From positions 9,920,001 through 9,984,000 of the forward strand of contig NW_026889753.1 of assembly GCF_033153115.1 (NCBI RefSeq): a DNA stretch of 64,000 bases, written 5' to 3'. Made by a program: the position numbers and the translations under genes. Shown here one piece after another: positions 49,767 through 64,000 of this stretch (the stretch's first letter is position 1; each line of letters begins with the position of its first letter). This DNA comes from Saccostrea echinata. Lineage: Eukaryota. The notes beneath the pieces are model-generated. The model was not told the DNA's origin. It worked only from the letters and a program-made list of their open reading frames with translations, and made no database searches.

Positions 49767-51028
49767 TTAAATTATGAAGTTTTAAGTTGGGTTTATATTA
49801 TTTCAACAAAAACAAATTAAGCTTGTAAACTTTATACACGGAAAATGTTTTTCCTTAATATATATAAGCACATGTACTTTCCATGTATTCTCCTTCGTGT
49901 TTTTGGGAAGTCTCTTCCGCGACAATAATTTTTAATTTTTTAGTACAGTTATACAATTAGTTTGAATAAAATTCAATTTTTACAAATAAGTTTTTGAGTA
50001 AACGTATGCGAGATCATTGGGATGTTAAATCAAATTTTATTTGTCTGCATTTTTGCAGAAATCAAATTTCATAAAATGTGGCATACCTATAAATTTTCAT
50101 CAAACACATTTCTGGTCACTACGGCCAGTTGCATAACTAAACATATGTATGTTGGTTAAAGATATCATTCGAAATGTGCTTTAAAAATCATTAAAATGAC
50201 AAATGTACAATGTGCATCAATAACGGAGGATTATGGTTTTTTTAGTGGGGGGGGGGGGGCAGCCTTTAAAGAATACTTTAATATCAACTTTAGTGTCCTT
50301 ATACTTAGATTCAGAATGATTTTTGACAAAATAATTTTGTTGATGACCATTCACAAAATTTACGAGTTTATTTTTTATTTCGGAAGCTGTTATAAAATGT
50401 TTGATAAGTGTTTATATCTTAAAGTTTTCAAAATTATTTTTGAAGTATTTTAGTATCCACTTTTGATTTACACCACTTCAATTCTTGAATATCTTGTAGT
50501 ACAATACTTCGAAGTTTCCCCTTCATAGCAAAAAATATTTTGGCGAGATCAAAAACATTTATTGGACCCTGCAATGCAATCTTTGTTCGGAGGGATTTTG
50601 AATATGAATTCAGTATAAGTATAGAAAATCAAATTAATTTCTAATGACTTGAATGTTAAATGTATTTAAAACTGCATTGTGGTTTTAAAGAATTTCATCC
50701 TTTAAAAGGGAAATGTGAGTAAAGGTAGGATTATCAGATGTTGAAATAAAAAAGCAAGTTCTTCTAATAACAGTCGTAATAAAGAGTTTTACAAAGACTA
50801 TTATTGTAACAAGCTTTGTTAGCTAGAACAAAAACATAATTTTCATGTAGTCTTTCAAATTCTTTTATCACTTGCAGTCTATTGAAAACGGAAGGGTTGT
50901 AAGTTCGCATTTTGTCCTTTATTTTTTAATGCAATTCTTTAATGCATGGATGAATGAGAAAAAATGACCAGACATATTTATCAACTTGCACTAAAACACT
51001 AAAACACAGACAATGATTAATTTCTAAG

Positions 51029-51935
51029 CAGGGTTGGCAAAAAACTGGGAAATACTCATATTTCCCAGGACGGTAGGAAATACTGGGAATTACTGGAATT
51101 TCCCGGGAAATACTGGGAAATAAGAAATAGCTACATATTTCATTCATATTGACATGTAGTACACCTTATTGGCTAAGATATCTACCTCAGGTATCACTGT
51201 CCCTGATTTAAAAAATTCTGGTTTCCAAGTAATTCACTTTATATAATCATAACACAGCATACTCATATAGCAGTCATGAGTGTCATTTGTTTCATGCTTC
51301 AGTCAGATGTAGTGTATAAATGTCCATGAAAAGAACCCAAAGATGGATTTTTTATGTAACTAAAGAAGGATCTAAGAAAATTCTTAAATGTAGAGTATGT
51401 TAGAAATATGAAATTTAAGAAGAAGCCTTTCAGTTCTACTCAAGTTAATTATCTCTCAAAACATGAGCAAAGAACTGTCCAGATCAATTTGTTAAAACAA
51501 TATGATTAATTGTAATAACTTCAGTGTTTACAGAAGGATTAAAACAAGTTTTTTGTTCTTGGATTTCTAATTAATGAACTTAATAATTTTACAAAACTGA
51601 AAAGAAACTTGAATTGGAAAACTTCAGTTTTATACAGCCAGCTAGGGAAATATTTCAGAATGTTTATGGGTAAGGGACCTGGAGTAGTGATACATTCTGA
51701 GAAAAATATGTTAATTTGAGACATTTTCCATATTATTCATCTTCTGTTTTCATGTTTATTTTGTTTTTTAAATTTTGCATAAGATTGAATGAATTAGACG
51801 ATTAAAAAATTAAATTTTGCATTTCCCAGTATTTCCCAATATTTCCCAGTTTAGAGAAAATTTATAGTATTTCCCAGGACGGGAAATACCGGTATTTACC
51901 ACTGGTAATTCCCACCACTGGTATTTCCAACCCTG
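51029..51935. mobile_element. hAT-like non-autonomous element
   Basis: CAGGGTTGG...CCAACCCTG termini, 8 bp TSD tttctaag / tttcttag, and subterminal actgggaa repeats. Confidence 0.8.
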
Positions 51936-53940
51936 TTTCTTAGCCTTAGCATGTCTTATATTTTATATCTACCTACTAAATATCTCATTTAGTGTATCTC
52001 ATCACAAAAAAGTATTGCCCAAAAATAATGCCAAAACGTCAGGGGTACAACACTTTTTTGTGATAAATTAAAAATATATTACTTTTTAATGATCTGTGAA
52101 ATAAAAAAAATAATAGTTTATATTGAAAATTAAGACTTTCCGATAAAATTTAAAGCATAAAAATTTAGACTGTAGTAACTTTTGCTTGATCAAGTTATGA
52201 TAATGGGTTATTCTGAACAAATGTTATACTATGTACAATACTAGGACCGCAACAGGAAAATGTAATGTTGTAAAATTGATCTGAAAAGAAAAAAATGTAT
52301 AACAAATAATTCAAAATAAAAATTTCAAAGAATAAAACAACTGCTACAATATTTAAAAGTTCAAAATATTATATGAATCAAAAGCAGCATTAATGAGAGT
52401 CAAGTATCTGTGCATACAAGTTCGTGTCTGGGGTGCAACGTTTGATCTTATGTTTTTGCTCCACAACATGGAAAAACTTTTATCAGTATATGATTCTTTG
52501 CTTTCTATTTGAAAAAAATTAAGGCAAAGGTTTTTTTCTTTTTCATTAATTTAAATCTATGAATTATAGGACCTCCCTACGTTCCCGATCCATATCTCTA
52601 CAGTCAGGAATACAACACATTTTCAAAGTTCAATAATGAAATATAAAACTTCTATTTATTCTTATCAGCATTCTTTGATTAATAGTGATCTATATTTGAA
52701 TAATATATATTAATATTTGCAAGTTCTTGGGTCATAAGTGCAACAAAAATGTTAGCTTTATTGATGATCGAATTTGAATAAACAAAAGAAAAATTAATGA
52801 ATAGAATGTTTCTTGTTGACCTCAATTGCTAACAGTGTTTGTCCCATAAAAAATATAATGTAAATATACTTTATCTTTTAAATATATTTAAGCTTTTCTT
52901 TTTTACATTAATAGGAAATAATTCAAGGTGTAATGCCAAGTTTAAAACATGTATGCAATTTAACCTGAATATATTAGGCCTATAAATATTGTACTTTTTT
53001 TCAACATGATTTTTGCCAAAACGTTATGATTTTTGTGTTCTATGGATTTTATTGTAAATTTTACTGCAGTCAGGAGTGCCACAAAATTATTAATGTACAT
53101 CATCTATCTTTTAAGAAAAAATTTAAATATTGCAAAAAATATTTGATGCGTAGAGTTTAAATCAGTACGTCTATCAACAAATTACAGACATTTTTACAAT
53201 ATTTAACAGTCAATTCACAGAAATATTTCCTAACTAAACATATATTTTTAAATATATATAACCTATTCATATTGTAAAGCCAAGTATATATGAAAAACGT
53301 GTCATAATTGAAACATGAATGTCAAAATGATAAACTGCCAAACTTTGAATGAATTATTGTGTGTTATAATTTTAAAGCAATGTTTTTAAATGTAAGAAGT
53401 GCAATAAATTAAGATGAAATAGGATCACCTCTAAATGTAGTATTTAGGAAAACTTGACATGTATTCTATTCTATTCTTTCTTTCTTTCTTTTTTTTTTAA
53501 CTTATTATTTTTTTTGTTTGCTTAGATTTAAAAAAATGGACAAGAACTGATTTTTGGATACTTATTGTATTATATTTCTTTTAAATTTAAACTTTTAAAA
53601 TTAGAATTGGGACAATAAATGTAAAATATTAACCAAAAAGTCATTGAAGGTTTAGATCTAATTATTTATATTTTTGACACAAGTCTGAAGGATAAAAAAA
53701 TGTAATTTCTTTTGATTGTGTATTTTAAATAGTCTTTATGGATGTAGTAATATTTTTTTCTAATGAAGTTCTCCTGATAAAAATTCAGTAGAATGTATAA
53801 ACAGTATTGTTTTATAATTGATTGATTCTGTAATGGATAAATAACGAGATGGTTTAAATAGTTTTGAATAGTTTAGAGAAAACATTCACTCCGAGGGACG
53901 AAGATTTACCGGTCGACGGATTATTATCTCCAATGGATTT

Positions 53941-54047
53941 TTGAGGACTAACCCTAATCTTTCCGGTGGGTTCGAGGACTAACCCATATTTCTCATGTGG
54001 GTTCGAGGACTAACCCTAATCTCTCGGCTGGATTCGAGGATTAATCC
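53941..54047. repeat. 31 bp minisatellite, ~3.5 copies
   Basis: ggttcgaggactaaccctaatct... units. Confidence 0.8.
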
Positions 54048-54087
54048 AGCTTTATATCAGGGAGAGAAAATGTTAAATAGAGTGAAT

Positions 54088-54387
54088 GTCGCCCGCATGG
54101 CGCAGTGGTTAGAGCGTCTGCTCTGGAGTCGCGGGGTAAATAGCTGATCCTTACGTCGCGGGTTCGAATACACTGCGGGACGTGGACACGAGTCCTTCGG
54201 AGGAGACCGTATAAGCCGTGGTCCAGTGTCGCAGTAGGTGTTGGCACGAAAAAGATCCCTCACTGCTCAATGGCCCCGAGCAGTATAGGTGTAAATTTGC
54301 GGCCTTCCACCAGCAAGTGGTGGTGTCTCCATTTGTGTAGAAAATTCTCGAGAAGGGCGTTATTAAACAACAAACAAACATCCAAAC
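54088..54387 (+). mobile_element. Full-length tRNA-derived SINE
   Basis: A-box TGGCGCAGTGG, B-box GGTTCGAATAC, (AAAC)n tail, and TSD aatagagtgaatg. Confidence 0.85.
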
Positions 54388-55936
54388 AATAGAGTGAATG
54401 AGACCTGTCCATCAATGTTATCATGAAAAATGGAATGCGGAGTGGTAGTCAACTTTCAAATTTTGTTTTGAGTTATAAAGGAAACCGAACGGGTGCCAAC
54501 TGTTGACTCGTCGACCTTTGCTTTAAGTCGACTGTCGACTTCAATTAGGTGTCGAACTGTCGACCTTTATTTTGAGGAATAACAGTTTACCAATCAGGTG
54601 TCAACCGTCGACAGTTGTGATAACAATACAGTTTGTCAAATTTTCAACCAATTATGGAAAAAAATTTCCTGTGGACTATTTTTAAAAGCATTTATTTGAA
54701 GTAAAAAGGCAAAACACTTCTCTTTTTTCTTTATTAAAGGGAACTATTTCCTTTCTTATTTTATATTTGAAAGACGTTACGGATCTTTTTTTCCGTATAA
54801 CCTAGTTGAACGTATCCAACCAGTGCTAGTTGGATCGGTAAAATATACAATTTTTGTTTGTTTGTTGTTAAACGTCCCTCTCGAGAATTTTTCACTCACA
54901 TGGAGACGTAAAATATACGTAGACTAATAACAGTTGGCCATTGGTGGAAATACTGAAGGAGAGATCTCAAAAAAAATCCAAATGATCTAGATTTGTGATT
55001 TGTAAAAACTGCAATATAAATCTATCTGCCTTTATGTTTTCAGGTATGGTTTTGATTTGATTTGTTATGCCCAGGCTTAACTTTATGAAATACATGTAGT
55101 TTCTAGTTAAAGATCGTTTTTCAGACCAAGAACTTCAAGTAGTGGAGAATTTTAATATCGATTATGACAACATTTCGAGAAGTATGTTAATTTAATTTAC
55201 TTAACAACAATGATTTTCGAGTTTGACATGACAACTTTTTGAAACTGAACAAATGAAATACTGTTATCTTTCAAAGAAGTCTTTTTTAATGCTTAAGGTA
55301 ACGAAAATAAATTGTCGCTCGATCACATTGTCTTCTAAGTTCAAACAACCAAAGGTTTTTAAAGAGAAGGATATATCGTCTGTTATATAAGCCACGTAAA
55401 TTTTAGATTTGAGATTAATTTCTCGTATCACATTGTCTAAAAATTCATAAACAATTCTTATTAATTATTTCTACAACATTTAATCTTGTGTTTGTACTAT
55501 GTCACAAGCTTGTAGATAAGAAAGCTCCTGAAAAGCATGTTCATCTACTTCATGGGTGAAAAAGTTGAAAATAACGAACAGTGATCGATCTAAAAAAAAT
55601 CTATAAACAATACAAATCTGTTAACAGGACATACAACACCGAACCTTAGAAATCCCAGAGGTGGGATCAGGTGCCTAGAAGGAGTAAACATCCTCTGTTA
55701 ACCGGACACATCCGTCATGAGCCCTAAGTATTGATCACGTAGATAATATCTCCAAGAAGAGAACTGTATAAATTTATTTCAAACAAGGATTATTATTAAA
55801 TAGAAACAGTTTAACAGGCGAGCTCTGAGAAAAAAGTATGACTACTAATGTTCCTGACAAAACACCACTTATACACTTTAACATATTCTTTGAAAATCCT
55901 GTATAATTTTGCTAAAAATTGGAAATGTCTTTTTAA

Positions 55937-58013
55937 TTAATATTTGATTGCGGATATCACTCTATTCCAAAACATTTCCTTCCCCAATTTTTCATTGGTC
56001 CACTCTATGAAGGTGGTTGTCTTCAGCAGAACATGTAAAGAGTTGGTCATATTTTTTGTAAGGATATTTTCCAAAATAATTACAATGACCATCTCCTTTT
56101 CCTTATTTATTGTTCGCAACTGTGCCAGCATGGTTTCGAATCGACACCAATGGCTCTGTGCAAAGCTGTTAGACAAAATGATGAGAATCTTTCGGCTTCT
56201 ATGCATGGTGTCGGTTATATTATCTACGATAAGTTTTCCCACTTGGAAATCTCTGTCATGTAGACAAAGTTTGAATTTTTCTTCTTTCTCTAGTTTTGGT
56301 ACAATTTCTGAAATAACCCATACTCTATCAATAGAATTATAAGCTACAAAAACATCGTAGGCAAATTCATCGCCTCCTAATATTTCATAACCTCGTCTTT
56401 TGGCACGCAAGAGGTATAAATAGTACTTGATATGCCAGCGTTTTTGGTATAATACACACGAAACTATAACGATGACAATCACTGCAAATGATACCGATAT
56501 AGCCACCAGAATATATGGATTGAAAGGGTGACAAAATTGGAAACTTAGATGGAAATCAGCGAGATTCCGTCCTTTCCATTCCTGTGGGAGATTGCATACA
56601 TACTCTTTTGGCCAACCGAGAAGCTGATGTGAATGATGTTGAACCCACCCTCGAAAGCAAACTAGATTACATGTGCACAAGAAGGGATTTCCTTTCAAGC
56701 CAATTTGTTCAATATGATCTGGAAGGTTTGTTTTAGTCAAAGTAGTTATCAGATTGTAATCTAAAAGAAGAGTCTTCAAATTTACTGATGTCGATGAAAA
56801 TATCCCCAAGTGGGATTCATTTATAAAACAATTTTGTGCGGAAAGCTTTCTCAGGTTTGGCATGATGGTGAAGAGGGTTTTTGGGAAGGTTGATACAGCG
56901 GTACCTTTTAATGTAAGTTCCTGAAGTTTCGTGAGAGGCCGAAAAAGCTTGAACAATTTCCTGTCTAGGTTATGTGACGCGTTAAGCGTATCCCAGTCAT
57001 ATCTAGTATTTTCAAATTACGACAATGTTGGAAAATATTTACAGCATGACTGATAATATTCATTTTGTTTGCCATGTATAAAAACGTCAAAGAAGAACTA
57101 TTGAAAGAATATTCATTAACTGTTACATCCGGTGCAAGGTTTTCGACTGACAAATATTGAAGATTAGGTAAGCCATTTATGAAGTTCTTAACGATGGTCT
57201 GAATTTTGTTATATCCAAGCGTTAGATTTCGAAGATTTGGCAAGCATTCTTTCATGAAATTTCTTTTCTTTATGACGGATATTAGATTATCACTCAGGTG
57301 AAGAACTTTAAGCTTCGGGAAACTTGGTTTGCCACTAAAGCAGAATTTTGGAACTAATAGTAATTTGTTTCTCCTCAGATTCAGAACTTCCATATTCGGC
57401 ATCACTCTCTTGAATTCAACAAATGAAATTTCGTTGTTCGTCAATGAAATCAGTTGCATCTGTTGGGGGTAACGACAACAAGTTTCCACTGAAATTGTAA
57501 AGCACATTGTCGTCTAAGTAAATTCGTCTTAAAGTTTTCAACTGTACGAAAAAGTCCTCTGACATATTAGCCATATGCAGCTGTGTGAGATAGAGTTCCT
57601 GTATAGTTCCATTCTGTAATCCATTAACTACTTTCTTAAGTTTCTTTGCATGTAATTTGTTGCCACTAAGGTCCAGGGATAGTAGGTGAGGAAGTTCCCC
57701 GAAAGCACATTTATCCACTTGATGAATGCTGTTTCTTCTTAAGACAAGTTTGGTAAGGTGTAGATGGGATATATTCTCGAAAACGTTATCTCTCATGTGG
57801 GGCAGAAAATTACGACTAAATGTGAGAGAGGTGATGTTTCTAGGAAGAGGAGGAATGTAATCCAGTTGTTTGCCATGTCCCTCACAGACTGCTTCGTTAT
57901 TCTGACAAACACAAACATCAGGACATGAAATATTCCCCAGTATGGACGAAGGACGAAAAACTCTCTGGTAGAAGATGTAATAAAATCAGACAAAACTTCG
58001 CATTCAAACGCAT
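55937..58013 (-). pseudogene. TLR: Near-identical duplicate of TLR-A with three frameshifts
   Basis: Aligns end to end with 34817-36886. Carries a +7 bp duplication (ggacgaa, ~57944-57957), a +1 G at ~57465, and a -1 at ~56987. Confidence 0.85.
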
Positions 58014-58584
58014 CTTTTAGTATCAATTTTCAAGTAAGCTAATACGTTGACAAAAACATTTTTTAAATACTTTTTACAGGAAATATTTTTGCATAGTCTT
58101 AAGTATTTTCCGGGTCTTGCATACAGCTTTATTTTTTTTCGCGACAATATCTTTAAAATATATTTGATATACTTACATGTATAAGGATCATTAAATTCAT
58201 AATGTATATATATATGCATTTGTAAAAATAATAATTATATGAGAACAATTTTTTGGAAAATTATAGAACATTGAATCAATTTTTTTCTTATTTGTATGTA
58301 ATTGTCAATCAAATCGTAATTTGATGGCGGAAATGAATCTGCATCAAAATACATGTTCTTTTCCTGTTTTTCCCTTTGTCTATACTTTTACCTAAGTAGG
58401 TGTATATACACATTAAGGAAAACATGAAGGACTTTTCAGATTATGTAAGGATATTCTTTCAGATGACAATCCTTCAAAAAAAAATTGTGAATCTATGCAA
58501 AACTGATAGACAAAGTGATTTGCAATGTATAAGATTTCTTTAAGTGTCAAGAGGTGAAGACGTGACCAGATCACACAAATTGAT

Positions 58585-58585
<1 letters not shown>

Positions 58586-58645
<60 letters not shown>
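58586..58645. repeat. (CT)n(TA)n compound microsatellite
   Basis: Seen directly in the sequence. Confidence 0.95.
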
Positions 58646-58646
<1 letters not shown>

Positions 58647-59484
58647 AGGGATGGCAATTTGTAACATGATCCAATCTGAAAATGAAAAAGTATAGTGTAC
58701 ACATCCTCACTACGTCAGGTGTTCTAAGTCATCTCGTGACCGGGGAACCCCTGAACGTGACAAACTCCTTCTGTTTTTTTCGGGCCACATTTTATCTTGA
58801 GAAACACCATTCGAATTTGGGCTTTCATAAGTTAACATGTTTGCGTTGTGCCACCTTAAGGCTTGATGGGATTGGTCGAGGGCTAAGAAAAACAAGATTT
58901 TTAATTTCCTCTGAAGATGTGGTTGCAAAATCAAATGTAGTTTGTCAGGGGCTCCACGAGGGGACCCAGGCCCCTGATGATTGTGAGGATATTAAATATA
59001 ATGCAAAGTGAAGAATTCAGATTTTAATATTTTTTAATGATCCGAATAGGCTGATTAATATGTAGACTTTTTCTATGCGTGTATCGAAAATTTGTCCTTC
59101 AGTACAAACGGTGCTGCATTACATTGTATGAGAGATTGTATTGTGGGGGGGGGGGGGGGGCGGTATCGCGAGAACAAAAATAGAATCATCTGATGATGTA
59201 GACATTCACGTGACCTAAAGAATAAAATGTCGAGTATTTTAGGAAGAAATCCTTCGGAAAATTTCACATTTTTCCAATTCGAGATATCGTTCTTGGTCAA
59301 GAATACCAGTCACCGTATCAGTCATTTTGAAGGTTTCACAATGCAATTTAAGAGAGAACTAATGAATATCTGATTAACTGGACGAATATGGCTTTAAGTA
59401 CACAGAATTTGAAGTAAAGTGTTACAGATACATTTTTTTTTAAATGAAAGTGAATTTGATCCTTGAAGGGCAATGAATTTGATA

Positions 59485-60115
59485 GTTAGCTCTACTGGTC
59501 AGGGACAAGAATAGCTTATACATTGGTATGAGGTCCGTCGTCCGTCTGTCTAGCTGTCTGTCTGTCCGTCTGTTAACAATATTTCAAATTCGCTACTCCT
59601 CCTCCTACACTTCAAGTCCAGTTTCAACAATACTTGGTACACAAGTAGTCTACATTGATTCTACATAATTCTATTTAATGGTTTTTGAAACGCTACTCCT
59701 CTTAGAGTTTTGGTTCAATTTCAATAAGTCTTGATACATACGTAGATTACTAGTATACTAGGGCACATAATTCTGTATATCAGCTTTTGATTTTCTACCA
59801 ATGATATTGCCATGGTTACTAGAAATATAATTTTTTTTATAATTCTTTTATCGCAAATGGTGTTGCCGTGGTTACTTAAAATAGAACTTTATTTGAAAGT
59901 CTTTCAAACCGCTACCCCTTCTTCTGTTTTGTTCAATTTTCAATAAAACTTGGTACACATATAGGTTATGCTAAGATAAGTCAATCGGTTATTGATTTCT
60001 ACAAACGGTGTTGTCATGGTTACTAAAAATAAAACTCTTTGAATTCTTTTTAAACGCCTCCTCCTACACTTCTCGTCTAATTAGACTTTTTATACAAATA
60101 GACTTTACTTAGATG
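59485..60115 (+). mobile_element. Helentron-like element with tandem repeat array; the array resumes at ~63100-64000
   Basis: ttagct start, (GTCC/GTCT)n, and recurring gctactcctcc...ttcaat...cttggtacaca and gttgccatggttact units. Confidence 0.55.
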
Positions 60116-60119
60116 CATC

Positions 60120-63070
60120 TTTTATGAATACCATGACAGTGTACATTCCTGACTATGACTATTATGGCATAACTGTTTTGTTGCAAAGACGAAAATGTAA
60201 TTTTGCGAATAATTTTCTTCTTTACATTAATTTAATTAACTGAAGTTTTTTGTCTTAGTTTTAATTAAGTTCTTTTGTAAAACAGGGTCCAGGAGTGTTA
60301 CTAGGAAACTGAAAAAAATATGAAAGATCTGCAGAATTTCCAGGGAAGATGTTTTGTTTATTTATAAAGACTTGAAGCACAAAAGGCAAATTAATGGACG
60401 ATCTGGACGAACAGATATCGAATCTGCAGCCTTAGCACATAAGTCCTCGAAGCGCTTCATGGCCACCGGATTTAGTAACGCAGTGGATAGGCTTTGACGT
60501 CATGGCTATTAAATCTGACCAAGGAGGAGGGCGATATTGAGAATGTAATCGTTGATCACCGAGTCAGACAAAAAAATTGAGACATTTTAAAGAATTTGTT
60601 GGAAAAAATTTGCAAATGTAAATGAGAAGAATTTTCGTTAATCGAGATATGAATTAAAGTACTGTATTCAATCCCCATGAAATCAGTCAAGTTTTATCTG
60701 ATTATACTGCAGTTTTTGTACACTATGTTACATCTGTATATTTTCCCGTGTCAATGCCGTCAGGTTGTTTTTCAGTCATAAATTACCTCAGTTATCCTTA
60801 CCAACATGCAATCGAAACAAATAAGAATGGCAATCATGAACCAGATGGAAGAGTGCTATAGAAGCTTCTACCCATATTTTTGAATTAATTACCATCAAAA
60901 ACCAGACAGAACTTGCCACGAACCCATGGAAGCAATGACTGGACACTTGGTGATCTCCAGAAAGCTTTACAATATGAGCTGTCCTAAAGCCGGGTTAAAC
61001 ACTGATGCAGAACGGTATCCTAGTGATTCGACATTCCAAAGAGCAGCAAATTTTAATACAAAGGAAGGCAGAACCAAATAACATCAAATCTGGGGCAGCA
61101 TTAGTTGAATCCACACTTTTTAAAAGTTATGTCCCTTGGCCTCCATCTTGGAGAAAAAGCCATAATCCTCACAGTGGCCTTTGTAGATCTAGTTTTCTGG
61201 TTTGCAATTTTTGTCATTTGGACTGGACTGGAAAATATATCTTTGCATCTTGTATATTGATTCCCCCGGGCCCAGGATGGGGCTATCCATAAGTTGAAAG
61301 AAAAAAATTAAACACAGTGAATATATCTGAACACGCTCAAATGTTTGGTAGCAGAAAGAGAGGAAATGTCGTTTCTATCCCTTTTGACCCTTTGGTTGAC
61401 TCGCAAAGGCTTTTACAAAGTGTGGTTGGACTATTTTCCAGCCCAAGTTTGAAACCCGAGATGCATGCGAGCATCAAATTAGATCTTGACATGTATACCT
61501 CTGTAGCAATTCACACCTGTAGATAGAAAATTTTCAAAAACGCAAACATTTACTTGTATTTTCCTTTGTCAATAGTTTTCATAGTAATTTATATTATTTG
61601 ACACCAAAGAAGGAAAGTAACAGAGAGAAAATTTACAGAAACAAGTGGATAGCTTAACAATTAGCCTTAGTGATGGTTAAAGCTGATAAACACAATTAAA
61701 GGCTACAACCTGATGGTCTAGAGAAAAGAAGGCAAATCGAAAAGCACCAGAAAAAACGTGATTCACGGAGGATAGACTCAAAAGTCTAGATATAAGTGTT
61801 ACTGAATTTCATTTTAGGCACAAGAAGATCAAATTTAGAGTCCAATGGTCATAAACTTTGCAGTCATAAGAATCAGATCCGAAAGATTGAAGAAGAGGAG
61901 CTCGACAAAAAAAATCAGAAAATTACTGAAGAGAGATGAAAAGAGGTGGAATTCCTGAGGACAGAAGGCTAGAATAAATCACCTTTTTGACTGTGGCGAG
62001 TCAGCGAGAGGTAGCACCAAGACCAAATCGGAGAAAGTGAGCAGAAACTGCTGAAGGAGGGTTTATGGACAACGCGTCAGGGAGAACCCCTCCCGACTTT
62101 AAACAGTGATAGTGAGACCAGTCACACGTAGACAATCTACCAAGTAAAGGACATAACTGGTATGTTATCTCTCTTATCGTTACTGGACGACCTGAATCAT
62201 GTTCCAATGATCTCAAAAACGCTAATCAAATGAGAAAATAATAAATTCAAACTACCAGTCATCAGTGGACTTGACTTCGGAACTATTGGTGTATCTATTA
62301 ATTTTGTGCAAATGATATTGTGTCCTGCGGAGGATGTCATAAATCTTTAACAAGGTTGAGTGAGTACCATCGTAATCTCGGGAATAAAGAGATGTCCAGA
62401 TTTGTGATACTTGCCCAAGAATGAAGTGGAGACTGGGAATAATAACGGAACATTTGGAATGCCGAATCACTTGTCTCCTTCCGCAAATATTAGAACTAGC
62501 AATGGTCATACTACTTCAAGACCCATATCAAAGTTATATCCACTTAAACTGTTGTAAATAATTTTACAGCTAAATTTACAAAGTGCATATATATCTGTTA
62601 ATTATGTTCAAGAACATTGCGCCAAACGGAGGATGTTATGAAAACCATAACAATATACATTCCTGATTATGAAGTCATATTCGTAATGACATTATAATAG
62701 TGATGCATGATGTCATTTTGTATTGTGTATTTGTTACTATGTTGATACCCGTGTTAGTTAAGAGAAAGAGTTTGTACAGTAAGATGTTTAGAGCTTCAGT
62801 CTCCTCAGAGGCTTCTGTTTTTTTAAGATGGCTTTCTTCATTGTAACAATTTATTGCAAGAATGTTTGGGATATATGAGAAATCATGTTCCCCAGGTTGG
62901 AGCCCGTAGGGAATATGATTTTTCATACCTAAATAACTTCATATCTCCCAAATATTTAAGCAATCAATGTATATTCCTTCTATCTTCTTTTAAAACTTCA
63001 ATAAATCATTGTGAAGTAATATATTATGGAGTGACATATATAAATTTCCTTGCGAGCCGATTATTAATTG
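60120..63070 (+). mobile_element. Heavily degraded BEL/Pao LTR retrotransposon
   Basis: LTR-start similarity (ttatgaataccatgacagtgtacattcctgac at ~60122 versus tgttatgaaaaccataacaatatacattcctga at 62634). The C-terminal integrase remnant RTSNGHTTSRPISKLYPL (~62493-62547) is typical of BEL/Pao. Confidence 0.55.
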
Positions 63071-64000
63071 GAGAATAGATTTATAAGTAGGAGAATAGAT
63101 CTATAACACTGCTATTTTCTCAATGTAAATAAAAAAATCATTTATTTTGATTTTGAAGAACAGTGTTGCTATTTTACTAAAAATAGAAACTGTTAAATCC
63201 TTTCAAAAGGCTACTTATTCTACAGTTTTTGTCTGCTTTCAAAAAAAATTCTATATGTAAATTACACTCAACTACAAAATTTTGTGTATCGGATTTTGAT
63301 GTTGAAGAATGATGTTGCCATGGTTACCAAAACAAAAATTCCAATAAAACTTTTCCCCGAAAAATGCTATCCCTCTTTCAGTTTTGTTCTGATTTCCAAA
63401 AAAGCTATACAATTAGATTTAATTCTCACAAGTGCTTGAGGACTGGACCCCCCCCCCCCCCCCCCCGATATGGACCTCCGGACCTTTTTGACTTTTTTCT
63501 CATAAATTATCTTTCAATGACATATTTGTGATATAATTTATATCAACAATTCGAAAAATTACCTAAAACAATCATTTCATAAAATCTACCCCACTCTCTC
63601 TATATAAATCAACAAGGGTTAATTTATATATATAGGGTAGGGTAGTAATATTTTTATAAAATGTTTGTTTAAGTCAATTTTCCGAATTGATGATATAGAG
63701 ATTATATCACAAATGTGTCATCCATATATAATTTATGAGAAAAAGGTCGAACAGGCCCGGGGGTCTATATCGGGGGCTGGGGTCCTGTCCTCGAGCACCT
63801 GTGTTAATTCCGATACAATTCTCTTTATTGGTTTCTCATTTTCACAGAAGTAATGGTATAGGTACTAAAAAGAAAAAAATATATATATATGAATTTCTTT
63901 CAAAATGGTACTTCTCCTACAGTTTTGGTCCAATTTCAATAAAACTTGATACGCAAGTAGATTACTCAAAAGTAAATAATTCTTTTCTTTTTAGTTTTTT

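Overview
AT-rich, repeat-dense, intron-containing animal DNA, most consistent with a bivalve such as an oyster (inferred from the repeat families and the single-exon TLR array). Left part: an ~11 kb degenerate Gypsy/Ty3 LTR retrotransposon (1665-12755). It has a CAAC target duplication, a tRNA-His-type PBS, a PPT and four nested insertions. In the env position it carries an extra C2H2 zinc-finger ORF directly preceded by a splice acceptor. The element ends 12 bp upstream of the ATG of an intact 9-exon paraoxonase (PON)-like gene (12768-19122). Middle: a 4-exon DAP1/DAP gene (- strand) head-to-head with a 2-exon UPF0449/C19orf25 homolog. Right part: a tandem minus-strand cluster of single-exon Toll-like receptors (two intact, one frameshifted near-identical duplicate, one old truncated relic). 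The cluster is interspersed with SINEs, Penelope-like RT fragments, TTAA/hAT/IS3EU-like MITEs, Helentron-like elements, a zinc-knuckle element and a degraded BEL/Pao element. The best candidate for an undescribed system is the Gypsy accessory zinc-finger ORF3 together with the dyad elements at the LTR promoter. The next best is the possible splicing-out or exaptation of the LTR element at the PON 5' end. All coordinates and alignments were done by eye.
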